Source: Planctomycetota bacterium
GTDB lineage: Bacteria > Planctomycetota > Planctomycetia > Gemmatales > Gemmataceae
Length of the DNA stretch: 64,000 bases
Direction: 5' to 3'
Assembly: GCA_016873225.1 (NCBI GenBank)
Contig: VGXS01000018.1
Location: 11,995-75,994, forward strand
Part shown: positions 37,393 through 47,492 of the stretch, one piece after another
Layout: each line of letters opens with the position of its first letter
How positions within the stretch are numbered: position 1 is the stretch's first letter
Position numbers and translations under genes: made by a program
Notes under the pieces: generated by a model
The model's database searches: none
The model's input: only the letters and a program-made list of their open reading frames with translations
Told to the model about the DNA's origin: nothing

Positions 37393-39515
37393 GCCGCGCC
37401 CTCCCAGGCATCGGCCAGGGCCAAGGGATCCAGCATGAGGGTGAGCTTGCCGGCCTGTTCGGACCGCACCCGGATCTCGGCGGCTCCCGTCACGCCGGGG
37501 CCCTTCATGGGCGGCGCCTGCCTCAGGCGGGGTTCCTCGACCGTGTCGATGATGTCGGCCACGACGAAGCCGGCGTTGCGGGGGAATTTACCCTTGGGTA
37601 ATAGCAGATAGCCCGAGTCGGGTTTTTCATCGCGGGGAAGGCCGGGAACGACCTCGGCCAGGCCGACCATCGGGCTGATTCCCTCGGCGTGGCTGAGCGA
37701 GGCGCGTCCGCCCACCAGCGTCGCCTGGCCCGGGCCAAACCGCACGACCTTCCTGATCGACTCGAGCGGCGCGCTGAAGCGCCCCCCCGCGTGGTCCTCG
37801 AACACCAGGTGCAGTTTCCTGGCGGCATTGGCCACCGTCTCCGACACCGCCACCGCGGGAACGGGGTTGGCACCCGACCGGCGAGCCAGTTTGTCCATGT
37901 CGAGGATCAACGAGACAAGCCCGTCGCCCAGCACCGTGGCACCGGAAAACAGGCCGATCGCCTCCAGGGCCGGATGCAGCGGCTTGACGACGATCTCCTC
38001 GGGGTTGCGAACCTTGTCGATCACCACGCCCAATCGTCCCGAACCGGCGCGGACCACGGCCAGGAACCGCGGTTCCCCATCCGCGGGCGCCGCCGCTCCG
38101 AGCCATTCTCCCAGGCGCACCACCGGCACAAGCTGGTCGCGAAGGCGGTAGACCAGCCTGTCGTGCGAGACCTCAACCCGCTGGCGGGAGGCGCCGTCGA
38201 GCAGCACCAGTTCCTCGAGGTCGCGCTGGGGCACGCAGAGGCGGTTGCCGCCAGCCTCCACGACGAGGCATGGAATGATGGCCAGGGTGAGCGGGAGCCT
38301 CAGGTGGAATTCGGTGCCCCGGCCGGGTTCGGAATCAATTCTGAGGTTGCCGCCGATGGAGGCCAGGTTGGCCTGGACGACATCGAGGCCCACCCCCCGG
38401 CCGGAGAGGTCGGTCACCTTTTCCGCGGTGGAAAAGCCCGGCTTCAGCACGAGCTCCTGAAGCTGAGAGGGGGTCATGCCAGCCGACTCCTCGCGGCTGA
38501 TCAATCCCCGTTCCAACGCCTTGCGCGCCACGCGCGCCGGATCGATTCCCGCGCCATCATCCCTCACCACCACATGGATCTGGCTGCCCTCATGGTGCGC
38601 CTCGAGGCGGATCGCGCCCGTCGCCGGCTTCCCCGCCTTCAGGCGGTCGGCCGGGTATTCAATCCCGTGGTCGCACGCGTTGCGGATCAGGTGAGTCAGC
38701 GGATCGGCCAGCTTCTCGATCACGCCCTTGTCGAGTTCCACCTCGGTTCCGGATATCGCCAGGTCGATCGACTTTCCCAACTGCCGGGCGATGTCGCGCG
38801 CCACGCGGGGAAACCTCTGGAACAGGTTTCCCACCGGCTGCATCCGTGTCTCCGTCACCGACCTCTGGATCTCGCTCGTGACCAGGTTCAGCCGCTGGAC
38901 CAGTTCCCGCTCGGAGGAATCGCGCGGCTCGAACTTCTTGAGCGCCTGGTTGCGGACCAGCACCAGTTCGCTGGCCAGAGTCATCAGCCTGTCGGCGACC
39001 TCAACCGAAATGCGGATCGTCCGGTCGCGTTCAGGGTCGGCGGGCAAGGCGCCCGCGCTTCCATGGTCGGGAGGCTGGATGGGGGGCAGCGTGTGCTCGG
39101 CAATCATGGTCGCGGTGGAAGATGTCCCGGAAGCCGCCGATGCCAACCGCGCCGCGATTGGCCCCGCCTCGGAGGATTCCGACGCTTCCGGATTTTCCAC
39201 CATGCGCCCCAGGCAGTCGCCAGCCTGTAGGAGCAAGTCGATCAGGTTCGGAGCAACCTCGAGGGTTCCCCTCCGAAGCTTGTCAAGCAACGACTCGGCG
39301 GCGTGGGAAAGCTCTTCCACCCCCTTGAGTCCAAGGTAAGCGGCGCCCCCCTTGATGGAATGCAGGGCGCGGAACAGGCGGTTCAGTTCCTCGCCTTTGG
39401 CAGGGCCTTCCTGACGCTCAAGCCTGACCAAGCCCTCGCTGTACCGGGCCAGGTGTTCCCTGGCCTCGGCGCGGAACTCGTCAAATAGCGCCAAGTCTTC
39501 CATCCACAGCACCAA
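37389..39515 (-). CDS. cheA: chemotaxis histidine kinase CheA (Hpt, dimerisation, HATPase, two tandem CheW-like domains)
   Basis: Hpt LFRALHSIKGGAAYLG; HATPase N/G boxes (HLIRNACDHGIE, DDGAGID, GRGVGLDVV). About 290 aa of CheW-like sequence follow the kinase core. No receiver domain. Confidence 0.9.
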   Translation of the reverse strand: MVLWMEDLALFDEFRAEAREHLARYSEGLVRLERQEGPAKGEELNRLFRALHSIKGGAAYLGLKGVEELSHAAESLLDKLRRGTLEVAPNLIDLLLQAGDCLGRMVENPEASESSEAGPIAARLASAASGTSSTATMIAEHTLPPIQPPDHGSAGALPADPERDRTIRISVEVADRLMTLASELVLVRNQALKKFEPRDSSERELVQRLNLVTSEIQRSVTETRMQPVGNLFQRFPRVARDIARQLGKSIDLAISGTEVELDKGVIEKLADPLTHLIRNACDHGIEYPADRLKAGKPATGAIRLEAHHEGSQIHVVVRDDGAGIDPARVARKALERGLISREESAGMTPSQLQELVLKPGFSTAEKVTDLSGRGVGLDVVQANLASIGGNLRIDSEPGRGTEFHLRLPLTLAIIPCLVVEAGGNRLCVPQRDLEELVLLDGASRQRVEVSHDRLVYRLRDQLVPVVRLGEWLGAAAPADGEPRFLAVVRAGSGRLGVVIDKVRNPEEIVVKPLHPALEAIGLFSGATVLGDGLVSLILDMDKLARRSGANPVPAVAVSETVANAARKLHLVFEDHAGGRFSAPLESIRKVVRFGPGQATLVGGRASLSHAEGISPMVGLAEVVPGLPRDEKPDSGYLLLPKGKFPRNAGFVVADIIDTVEEPRLRQAPPMKGPGVTGAAEIRVRSEQAGKLTLMLDPLALADAWEGAA

Positions 39516-39645
39516 ACAACAATGTGGCCAATGTAGGAATTCTGGGGTTTTTGGATATTGTGTTCCAGCGTTCTTGATTCATTTTTCCACCGACCTGCCC
39601 ATGACTCCCGCCCGGGTTTTGGGTTGTGCCGGTTATTCTGGTTTC

Positions 39646-40788
39646 ATGCGATCGCTGGCTTGTGTCGCTTGGCTTGCTTGCGCCCTCGGCGCCCCCGCGG
39701 CGCTCCACCTTCCCATGGAAGTGCTGGAACCTCTCCCCGCCTCTTGGCGGGGCACGGCCCTCGACCTCCAGTCCCTGCGGTTGGCCGGCAACCCGGCGGC
39801 AAACAACAGCGGATCCCGCGCCGCCTACCTGAGGGCGCTTTCCCGGCTGGAAACAACAGACAAACCCTCTCCCGATGATGACGCCACGCGAGGCGGCCTG
39901 CTATTGCGCGTTGGCAGGCCCGAACAGGCGCTCGCCTTCCTGCGCGGAGCCAATGCGAGGCACCCCGACCATCCGGCCCTGATGGCGCACCTGGCCACGG
40001 CGATGACCGTGCTGGGCGACCATGCCGGAGCCGAAAGGGTGCTGTTGGCGGCGCGCCCGCTGGTGCCTGAACCTTGGCGCCGGGTGGAGTCGGCGCACCT
40101 CGCGTTGGCGCGTGCCCGGCTGTCGAACTCGCCGCTGGCCATCTCCGATCCCGCCACATTGCAGGAACTGATGCTCAGCTTCCCCGCTGACGGCAGGCTG
40201 ATGGCCGAAGCCGCCAAGGTGGCGCTCGCGACAGGTGACAAGGCCTCCGCGACGCGGCTGTTGGAGACGGCCATGGGTGAGCTGGGCGCCCGCGACGCGG
40301 CCACCCTTCGCCTGAGGCTGGAAATCGCGGCGGGTCGCCATGGCGAGCATTCGGCGCCTCCGCGCGCCCGATCCTACCGCCCTCTGGCCCCGCCGGCCAT
40401 CGAGGTGGAACTGCCCCCTCCCGAAGGCGGTATCCAGCCCGTGCCATGGTCGGTTCCCGCCGCCAGCAGGCCGGGAGCCAAGGGGTTCCAGTTCCCCGGG
40501 GCCCTCAAGGGACTCCACGGCAAGAGGATCCGGATGTCGGGCTACGGCCAGTTCCTTGGCGACGAACCGGGCGAGGCGCCCTTCCTGCTGGTGGAACAGC
40601 CGTTTGGATGCTGGTGGTGCGAGCGGCCCGACCTGTCCGGACAGGTGCTCGTCGACCTTGCCGATGGCGAGGTTCTTGCTCCCACGAGGCGCCTGCTCAT
40701 TGTCGAGGGCACGCTCGAGCTCAACGCCACCGATCCCGAGAGGCATCCGATCGCCATACGGGATGCCATGGCCAGGGCCGAGGATTAA
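39646..40788 (+). CDS. secreted TPR-like protein with DUF3299-like C-terminal domain
   Basis: Signal peptide MRSLACVAWLACALGAPAA; Ala/Leu-rich helical repeats; C-terminus LHGKRIRMSGYGQFLGDEPGEAPFLLVEQPFGCWWCERPDLSGQVLV resembles DUF3299. Confidence 0.5.
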   Translation: MRSLACVAWLACALGAPAALHLPMEVLEPLPASWRGTALDLQSLRLAGNPAANNSGSRAAYLRALSRLETTDKPSPDDDATRGGLLLRVGRPEQALAFLRGANARHPDHPALMAHLATAMTVLGDHAGAERVLLAARPLVPEPWRRVESAHLALARARLSNSPLAISDPATLQELMLSFPADGRLMAEAAKVALATGDKASATRLLETAMGELGARDAATLRLRLEIAAGRHGEHSAPPRARSYRPLAPPAIEVELPPPEGGIQPVPWSVPAASRPGAKGFQFPGALKGLHGKRIRMSGYGQFLGDEPGEAPFLLVEQPFGCWWCERPDLSGQVLVDLADGEVLAPTRRLLIVEGTLELNATDPERHPIAIRDAMARAED

Positions 40789-40801
40789 ACAAGAAAGATC
40801 G

Positions 40802-42433
40802 TTATTTTCCGGTAACAGTGAGCCAGACCGTCTCGAGCGAGATGCCCATGCGGGCGGGTACCAGCGCCGCCACCTCGGCCACGGCCGGTTCCCTGGCGCG
40901 GCCGACAACGCGGACGGGCCCCGACCACGCCTTGCCGTCGCCCTCAAGCTTGAGCGTGACGGCCGCCGCCGTGGCGCCGTTGGCATCGGATACGACCTCC
41001 GGCGCCTTCACGCCTGGCGGAAGTCCCTCGACGCCGATGGTAATCGCCCCCACCGGGCCCTTGCCGCGCCTCGTCACCTTCACGGCCAGTTCGCCGGGCT
41101 TGCCCGCGGGCAAAACGAGGGCGTCGGCGGCCACGCTGAGGTCGAATTCGGGATCGGGTGGGCGAACCGTGAGCACATAGCGGTGCCTGTCGCTCCCATG
41201 GGAGAACCGGTCGGCCACCTGAAGGGTGTGGACTCCGTCGACGGCGGCATTGACGGAAATCACCGGGTCGGGACTGGATCCCATGTCGTCCGCCTCGGTG
41301 ATCACCTTCCCGGTGGGGTCGATCCAGCGAACCACCGGGTCGGTTGGATAGCCCAGCGTCCTGGCCTGCACGGTCACCAGCAGTCCCTGGCCTTTTTTCA
41401 TCTCAACCGAATGAATGTTCCTTGCCCGGGGCGCGGCCAGGAGACCAGCAACCGCCGAGGGCACGGGAAGCACCGTGGGCCCGGCGCCGGCTTGCGGCAC
41501 CAGCGGCACGGGCGTCGCCCAGACCTCCATCATTCCGTGGATGCCGGGCGCGGATACGCGCGCCCGCCTGGCCCCGCGCGGCACGGCGACCCCATCGGAT
41601 GCCTCGCGCTCGATCATCCCCGGCAGGGTTGGGAACGAAACGGCCCCCATGACACCCTTGGGAATGTTCCATCCCGCCGGTGCCGCGGCGACACCGGGCT
41701 TGCCCAGGGGCACCGCGGCGGGGACGGCATGCGTGGCGAACGGCCCGGTGGTGAGGGAAAGCCGGTAAACATAGGCGGCGCCGCCGGCGAAGGCGATGCT
41801 GCTGTCGGGCATGGCGGGGAAGGCGAACAGGCGCACCGTGTGAATGCCATCCTCACGGGCCGAGTGGGCCAGGCGCGGGTCAAGCCCGAGGTCGTCGTGG
41901 TTCTCGGCCACCACGACCCCCGCGGGAGAAACCAACTGGAGCACGGCATCCATCGGGGAACCCAGGCGCGCGTTGGCGTCGAGCGCGGCGACGAGCGTCT
42001 GCCCCTTCCTCAGTTCCACGGGAAAGGCGTCCACATCCCCCTTGTCGAGAAGGCCGTTGACGGTGACGGGCAGCGACAGCGGCTTGGCGCCGGCGGGGCG
42101 GTTGTTGGGTTCCTTCTCGGAGACTTCGGGAAGATCCCCCACGAGAAACGGCACCACGGCGGAGGCTCCCTCGGGGGAATGGAGCCTGATCCATGTCCTG
42201 TCGACGGGCAGGTCCGGGGGAACCTCGATTTCCAACTTGCCGGATTCCTTGAGAAGCAATGCCTTCAACCCGGGCGCCCAAACCTTGACATCCTTCCAGG
42301 TGAAGGCGCCGGCGCAGGTGACGACAACCTTGCCGCCGCGCTGGCCGCCGGCGGGAGCGATGTGGGTGAGGGTTGGTGCCGCGCCGAGGACTGGCCCGGC
42401 GATCAGCAGGATGGCGGCAAGCGGGCGGATCAC
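40802..42433 (-). CDS. pre-peptidase C-terminal (PPC) domain protein, secreted
   Basis: Two PPC-like modules (EKEPNN..AGAKPLSLPVTVNGLLDKGDVDAFPVELRKGQTLVAALDA...). Start placed at GTG 42433, giving VIRPLAAILLIAGPVLG. This GTG overlaps the DUF1501 stop (ATGTGA). Confidence 0.7.
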   Translation of the reverse strand: MIRPLAAILLIAGPVLGAAPTLTHIAPAGGQRGGKVVVTCAGAFTWKDVKVWAPGLKALLLKESGKLEIEVPPDLPVDRTWIRLHSPEGASAVVPFLVGDLPEVSEKEPNNRPAGAKPLSLPVTVNGLLDKGDVDAFPVELRKGQTLVAALDANARLGSPMDAVLQLVSPAGVVVAENHDDLGLDPRLAHSAREDGIHTVRLFAFPAMPDSSIAFAGGAAYVYRLSLTTGPFATHAVPAAVPLGKPGVAAAPAGWNIPKGVMGAVSFPTLPGMIEREASDGVAVPRGARRARVSAPGIHGMMEVWATPVPLVPQAGAGPTVLPVPSAVAGLLAAPRARNIHSVEMKKGQGLLVTVQARTLGYPTDPVVRWIDPTGKVITEADDMGSSPDPVISVNAAVDGVHTLQVADRFSHGSDRHRYVLTVRPPDPEFDLSVAADALVLPAGKPGELAVKVTRRGKGPVGAITIGVEGLPPGVKAPEVVSDANGATAAAVTLKLEGDGKAWSGPVRVVGRAREPAVAEVAALVPARMGISLETVWLTVTGK

Positions 42434-43749
42434 ATCAGCTCCGCGATGGGGCGCGGATCGCTCACGAGGTGCGCGGGCCGCCCGTTGGCCCCGTAAAGGA
42501 TCTTGCCGGGGTCGATGCCCAGCTTGAGGTAGACGCTCGAGACGAGGTTCTCGGGGCCGTAGATCTTTTCCATGGCGGCGTAGCCGCTGCGGTCGGTCGC
42601 GCCGACCACCTGGCCCCGGGGCGATCCGCACCCGGCCACCAGCACCGACATGGCGCTCGACCAATGGTCGCGGCCGGGAGTCTTCGAACCCGGCAAGGTG
42701 GAGATCTTCGGCGTGCGGCCGAACTCGCCCATCACCATGACAAGCGTGGTGTCGAGCATGCCTCGCTGGTCAAGGTCCTCGATGAGGGTGGCGACGACGG
42801 ACTCGAGCGCCTGGCCCTGGGTCTTGAACTTGGGGAAGATGTCGGAATGGTGGTCCCAGCCGCCGTCGTTGATGGTGATGAAGGGGACTCCGGCCTCGAC
42901 GAGGCGCCGGGCCAAGAGGGCGCGCTGGCCCAGGCCCGTCCGGCCGAACGCCTCGCGGACGCGGTCGGGCTCGCGATGAACCTCGAAGGCCTGCTGCGCC
43001 ACCGCCGACTTCATGATCGAGACGGCCTGGTTGTAGTTCTCGTCGAGGCCTCGCACGGGGTCGCCGGCGGCGCGGTCCTGGAAGCGGACGAACTGGTCAA
43101 GCCGGGCGCGGAGGTCGCGGCGGTCGATGGCGCGTCCGTCGGTGACCTCGGAGGGGATCGTGACATCGCGCACGGAGAAGATGGCGCGGTTGGGGTCGTC
43201 GGGAACGACGAACGGGGCGTGGCGGGAGCCAAGGAAGTTGGGGCCTCCCGAGCGGGTCATGCTGGGGATGGAGAAATAGGAGGGCAGGCCGCCGCCGGCG
43301 CCCCGCTCATGGGAGACAACCGATCCCATGCTGGGGTGGAAGCTCACGAAGGCGCCGCAACTCACCGGGATGCGGGTGGGGGCGCCGGTCATCATGTAGT
43401 GGTTGCCGGCGCCATGGTTGTTCTGGTCGTGCCTGACGGAGCGGACAATGGTGAGCTTGTCGCTGATGGCGGCGAGCCGCTTCATGTTCTCCGAGAAGAA
43501 CATGCCGGGAACCTTGGTGGGGATGGCCTTGTATTCACCCCGGATTTCAGCGGGGGCGTCGGGCTTGGGATCGAAGGTTTCGAAGTGGCTCGGGCCGCCA
43601 TCGAGCCAGAACAGGATGCAACTGGTGGGCGGGGAGGAGGGTTGCCGGGCCCGGAGCGCCCCGGTGAGGCCGCCACCCAGAAGGGCTCCCAGCCCCAGGC
43701 TGAGCGACTCGCGACGGGTGAATCCCTCGCAGTTGCGGAATATGGCCAT
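42430..43749 (-). CDS. DUF1501 (sulfatase-fold) protein
   Basis: CILFWLDGGPSHFETFDPKP; GRDHWS; Tat-like RRESLSLGLGALLGG. Confidence 0.9.
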   Translation of the reverse strand: MAIFRNCEGFTRRESLSLGLGALLGGGLTGALRARQPSSPPTSCILFWLDGGPSHFETFDPKPDAPAEIRGEYKAIPTKVPGMFFSENMKRLAAISDKLTIVRSVRHDQNNHGAGNHYMMTGAPTRIPVSCGAFVSFHPSMGSVVSHERGAGGGLPSYFSIPSMTRSGGPNFLGSRHAPFVVPDDPNRAIFSVRDVTIPSEVTDGRAIDRRDLRARLDQFVRFQDRAAGDPVRGLDENYNQAVSIMKSAVAQQAFEVHREPDRVREAFGRTGLGQRALLARRLVEAGVPFITINDGGWDHHSDIFPKFKTQGQALESVVATLIEDLDQRGMLDTTLVMVMGEFGRTPKISTLPGSKTPGRDHWSSAMSVLVAGCGSPRGQVVGATDRSGYAAMEKIYGPENLVSSVYLKLGIDPGKILYGANGRPAHLVSDPRPIAELM

Positions 43750-43763
43750 GGGAACCTCCAGTG

Positions 43764-45983
43764 TCAGTCGACAAAAACAAATTCAGGGGTGTTGAGCAAG
43801 GCCCAGAACAGATCCTCAACCGCGGCCTTGCGGGTCTTTCCGGAAACGGAGAAAACCTTCAGGGCCTCGGCCTTCTCCTTGCCGGAAGGGTTCCGTCCAT
43901 AGGCCAGCAGGTACGCCTTGTCCACGATCGCCTCGTTCGTCTCGCCGGAAGCCGCCAGCGCGGCGGGGCGCGCCTTCTCCTGGCTGAACTTGCCGTTGAC
44001 CGCCGGGGAATTCATCAGGTGGAGCACCTGGGGCGTGGTGCTGTCGGAGGTGCGTTCGCAGGGAGGATCCTGGTTGGGGTCGGGCCTGCCGAAGGTGTCG
44101 AGGAACAGGGACGAGGCGCGGAATGTCCAGAGTTCCACGGCGCGCGACCCGGGCGGCATGGCCGAGAAGGTCTCCTCGACTCCGAGGATGTCGTTGACGG
44201 CGTCGAGCAGGGTCTCGGCCCGCAACCGCTCGCGGTAGTAGCGCGAGAAGTTCCGCAGATCGCCGGCATTTCGCTCATTGGGAACCGATGACAAGGCGAA
44301 TGTCCGCGAGGTCGCCACGAGCCTGATCAGCTTCTTGATGTCGTAGCCGCCCTTGCGGAACTGCCCGGCGAGGAAGTCGAGCAGCGCGCCGTTGGTGGCG
44401 GGGTTGGTGGCGCGGATGTCATCGACGGGCTCCACGATCCCCTGGCCCATCAGTTCGCGCCAGACGCGGTTGGCCATCACCTTGGGAAACCACGGGTTGG
44501 CCGGGTCGGTCATCCAACCGGCCAGGGCGACCCTCGGATCCTCGCCGGAAGGCACGGCGACGGAAGCGCCCGCCAGTAGCTTCGTCTCGACAGGCTCCCC
44601 GGTCCGGCCATGCTTGAGGGTGCCCGTGTCGAGGGTGAAGATCGATTCCTCGCCTCCGGATATCGGAGGAGAGAGCCCCTGCCCCTTGCGGCCGATGCGC
44701 GAGAAGAACGCCGCGAAGCCGTAGAAATCGTCCTGGCTCCAGACCTCGAACGGATGATTGTGGCACTTGGCGCAGTCGAGCCTCACCCCGAGGAAAATCT
44801 GGCTCACCATGGAGGCGATCTCGACGGGCTCGGGCCGGTCACGGAAAATCACCACCGCGCCGTTGTGCCAACTGGTGCCCTGGGCTGTCACCAGTTCCGT
44901 GGCGAACCGGTCGTAAGGCATGTTGGAGCGGAACGCCTGCCTGAGCCAGGAGTCGAGCGACCGGGTGGCCTTGATGCCGGCGCGGTACGGGTTCGGCCTC
45001 AGCAAGTCGGCCCACTTGTTGGCCCAGAAATCGGCGTATTCGGGACGCTCGAGCAATTTGTCGACCACCTTGCCCCGACGGTCGGGTGACTTGTCGGCCA
45101 GGAACGCCAGGACTTCCTCGGGCGAGGGAAGCCGGCCGATCAGCCTCAGGTGGGCCCGCCTGAGCCAAGTGGTGTCGGATGCCAGCCCCGAGGGGGTGAT
45201 GCCCAGCACCTTGAGCTTGTCGCGAACATGGCCGTCGATCGGGTGGCCCGATTCAAGAACCGCGTAAGCGTCCCCCGACGGGGATCCCGACAGCGGAATG
45301 GTGATGGCGGTGACGGCGATGTGGTTCATGTAGCGGGCCATGATGGCGGCCTCGCCGGGCAAGGCTCCGGCCTTCACCACGCCCTCGCCCGCCACCGAAG
45401 CCACGGTGTTGTCGTTCGATTGGAAGGCGCTGCCGTCGGTCACATCCCGCCTTTCCCCGCTGCTGTAAACCGCGACCACCTTCAGCTTCACCGACTCGCC
45501 CGGCTTCAAGGTGCGGGTGGGAGGTTCGGCCAACACCTTGACGATGCGCGGGGCGTCGGCGGGGGTCCGGGGCGCCCCGGCGGCAATCCATTCGGCGATG
45601 AGGGGGTAATACGGACCGTTCGGATCCAGTTTCTTTCCGCCCCCATGGGGCATCTGCCCGGTGGCTTTGCGCAACAGAAGGCTGTTGGCGGGGGATTCGG
45701 TCTGGATGCGGCGGCCTCGCGCTTCCCTGACGAGCGCGGCGTGGTCGAAATCCGAGTCAAAGCCCAAAAGCGAAAGGGCGAAACCATTCTGGCCCCGGGA
45801 TTTGCCGTGGCAGGCCCCGGCATTGCAACCAAACCGCGTGAGCAGGGGTTGGATGTCCGCCTCGAAGGTCACCCGGGGGGTGGTTTCAGCAGCAGTCGCG
45901 GAGCTTTCAATCAGGAAGACCGCGGCCATGGCCACAGCCATTCCGGGGAATACCGACAGGTTGCAAGCCCTGCGCCGTTTCAA
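43764..45983 (-). CDS. PSCyt2/Big_2/DUF1549/DUF1553 planctomycete cytochrome-c-domain protein
   Basis: CNAGACHGKSRGQNGFALSLLGFD; Ig-like segment (VKLKVVAVYSSGERRDVTDGSAFQSNDNTVASV); CAKCHNHPFEVWSQDDFYGFAAFF. Confidence 0.9.
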   Translation of the reverse strand: MKRRRACNLSVFPGMAVAMAAVFLIESSATAAETTPRVTFEADIQPLLTRFGCNAGACHGKSRGQNGFALSLLGFDSDFDHAALVREARGRRIQTESPANSLLLRKATGQMPHGGGKKLDPNGPYYPLIAEWIAAGAPRTPADAPRIVKVLAEPPTRTLKPGESVKLKVVAVYSSGERRDVTDGSAFQSNDNTVASVAGEGVVKAGALPGEAAIMARYMNHIAVTAITIPLSGSPSGDAYAVLESGHPIDGHVRDKLKVLGITPSGLASDTTWLRRAHLRLIGRLPSPEEVLAFLADKSPDRRGKVVDKLLERPEYADFWANKWADLLRPNPYRAGIKATRSLDSWLRQAFRSNMPYDRFATELVTAQGTSWHNGAVVIFRDRPEPVEIASMVSQIFLGVRLDCAKCHNHPFEVWSQDDFYGFAAFFSRIGRKGQGLSPPISGGEESIFTLDTGTLKHGRTGEPVETKLLAGASVAVPSGEDPRVALAGWMTDPANPWFPKVMANRVWRELMGQGIVEPVDDIRATNPATNGALLDFLAGQFRKGGYDIKKLIRLVATSRTFALSSVPNERNAGDLRNFSRYYRERLRAETLLDAVNDILGVEETFSAMPPGSRAVELWTFRASSLFLDTFGRPDPNQDPPCERTSDSTTPQVLHLMNSPAVNGKFSQEKARPAALAASGETNEAIVDKAYLLAYGRNPSGKEKAEALKVFSVSGKTRKAAVEDLFWALLNTPEFVFVD

Positions 45984-46168
45984 GATCCTTAGCCCCGGGG
46001 TGTCTTTTCGGGCTTGGCGGGAAAGCCAACTACAATCTTGGCAATTAGTTAAATCTACCTTCTTATCGGACCAGCCGCAATGAATTCTTGGCCCGATCGG
46101 GCGTTCCGGTATAGAGTGCCGGGGCGATGGCGGGTCGGTCGACCCGCCCGCCCCTCGGGAACCACTCG

Positions 46169-47470
46169 ATGAAAGTGTTTCAAGTATTGGCCATGGCGGC
46201 AGTTGTGGCCACTGCAGCTCATGCGGATGACTGGCCTCAATGGATGGGCCCCAAGCGTGACAATGTCTGGCGCGAGGAGGGCATCGTGGAACTCCTCCCC
46301 GCCTCCGGACCGAAGGCCGCCTGGCGAACCCCCGTCGCGGGCGGTTACGCCGGCCCCGCCGTGGCCGCCGGCAAGGTATTCGTGACCGACTATGTCACCA
46401 AGGAGGATGTGAAGGTCGACAATTTCTCGCGCGGCGCGTTCAGCGGCACCGAGAGGGTGCTGTGCCTCGACGAGAAAACCGGCGCCGTCCTCTGGAAGCA
46501 TGAATACCCGGTGAAATATGCCATCTCCTACCCCGCGGGCCCCCGCTGCACGCCGAATGTCGACGGCGGCAAGGTCTACACCCTTGGTGCCGAGGGCAAC
46601 CTGTTCTGCTTCGACACCGCCACAGGGAAAGTCGCCTGGGCCAAGGACCTCAAGGCCGAGTACAAGACCAACTCGGCGCTCTGGGGCTACGCCAGCCATC
46701 CGCTGATCGACGGCGACAAATTGATTTGCCTTGTCGGCGGCGAGGGAACCCACACCGTGGCGTTCGACAAGAACACCGGCAAGGAACTTTGGCGATCGCA
46801 AACAGCCAAGGAGCAGGGGTACTGCCCCCCGCTCATCATCAACGCCGCGGGAGTCCGCCAGCTCATCATCCCCCGTCCCGACGCCGTCGCCTCGCTCGAT
46901 CCCGAAACGGGTAAATTGCTCTGGTCGGTTCCCTACGAGGCCTCCAACGGGTCGATCATCATGACGCCCGTGGTGAAGGACGACTACCTGTTCATCGCCG
47001 GCTACAGCAACAAGAACATGCTGCTCAAGCTGGCCAAGGACAAGCCGGGTGCCGAGGTTGTGTGGAAGGACAAGGCCAAGCAGGCCATTTCGCCGGTGAA
47101 TGTGCAACCGATCCTGTTCGAGGGCGTCATGTATGGCCACGACCAGGACGGCGAGATGTCGGCGGTGGAACTGCCCAGCGGCCAAAGGCTGTGGAGCACC
47201 CCCGAGCCGATCGGCAAGCGCAAGGTGGGTTCCGGCACGGCGTTCATCACGCGCCTGGGCAACCGCCATTTCTTCTTCACCGAGACCGGGCACCTCGTGA
47301 CAGGCATGCTATCGCCCAAGGGTTTTACGGAAACCAGCAGGGCCAAGCTGCTGGAACCGACCAACAACGCCTTCGGCAGGCCGGTGGTCTGGTGCGCCCC
47401 CGCCTACGCCAACAAGCGGATCTATGTCCGCAACGACAGCGAGATTGCCGCGTTCGAACTGGCCAAGTGA
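46169..47470 (+). CDS. PQQ-like beta-propeller repeat protein, secreted
   Basis: Signal peptide, then DDWPQWMGPKRDNVWRE, followed by repeated G.V....dG.l.a.d..tGk..W units. Confidence 0.8.
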   Translation: MKVFQVLAMAAVVATAAHADDWPQWMGPKRDNVWREEGIVELLPASGPKAAWRTPVAGGYAGPAVAAGKVFVTDYVTKEDVKVDNFSRGAFSGTERVLCLDEKTGAVLWKHEYPVKYAISYPAGPRCTPNVDGGKVYTLGAEGNLFCFDTATGKVAWAKDLKAEYKTNSALWGYASHPLIDGDKLICLVGGEGTHTVAFDKNTGKELWRSQTAKEQGYCPPLIINAAGVRQLIIPRPDAVASLDPETGKLLWSVPYEASNGSIIMTPVVKDDYLFIAGYSNKNMLLKLAKDKPGAEVVWKDKAKQAISPVNVQPILFEGVMYGHDQDGEMSAVELPSGQRLWSTPEPIGKRKVGSGTAFITRLGNRHFFFTETGHLVTGMLSPKGFTETSRAKLLEPTNNAFGRPVVWCAPAYANKRIYVRNDSEIAAFELAK

Positions 47471-47492
47471 CGCGAAACGGTTTCACAAGAGG

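Noticed and set aside
40340-42496. 718-aa + strand ORF opposite the PPC-domain gene (and similarly 42373..43902, 34773..36374, 37689..39230, 46055..47293, 23609..24667)
   Set aside because: All are Arg/Gly/Pro-rich antisense frames of well-supported genes in high-GC DNA. None shows a recognisable domain.
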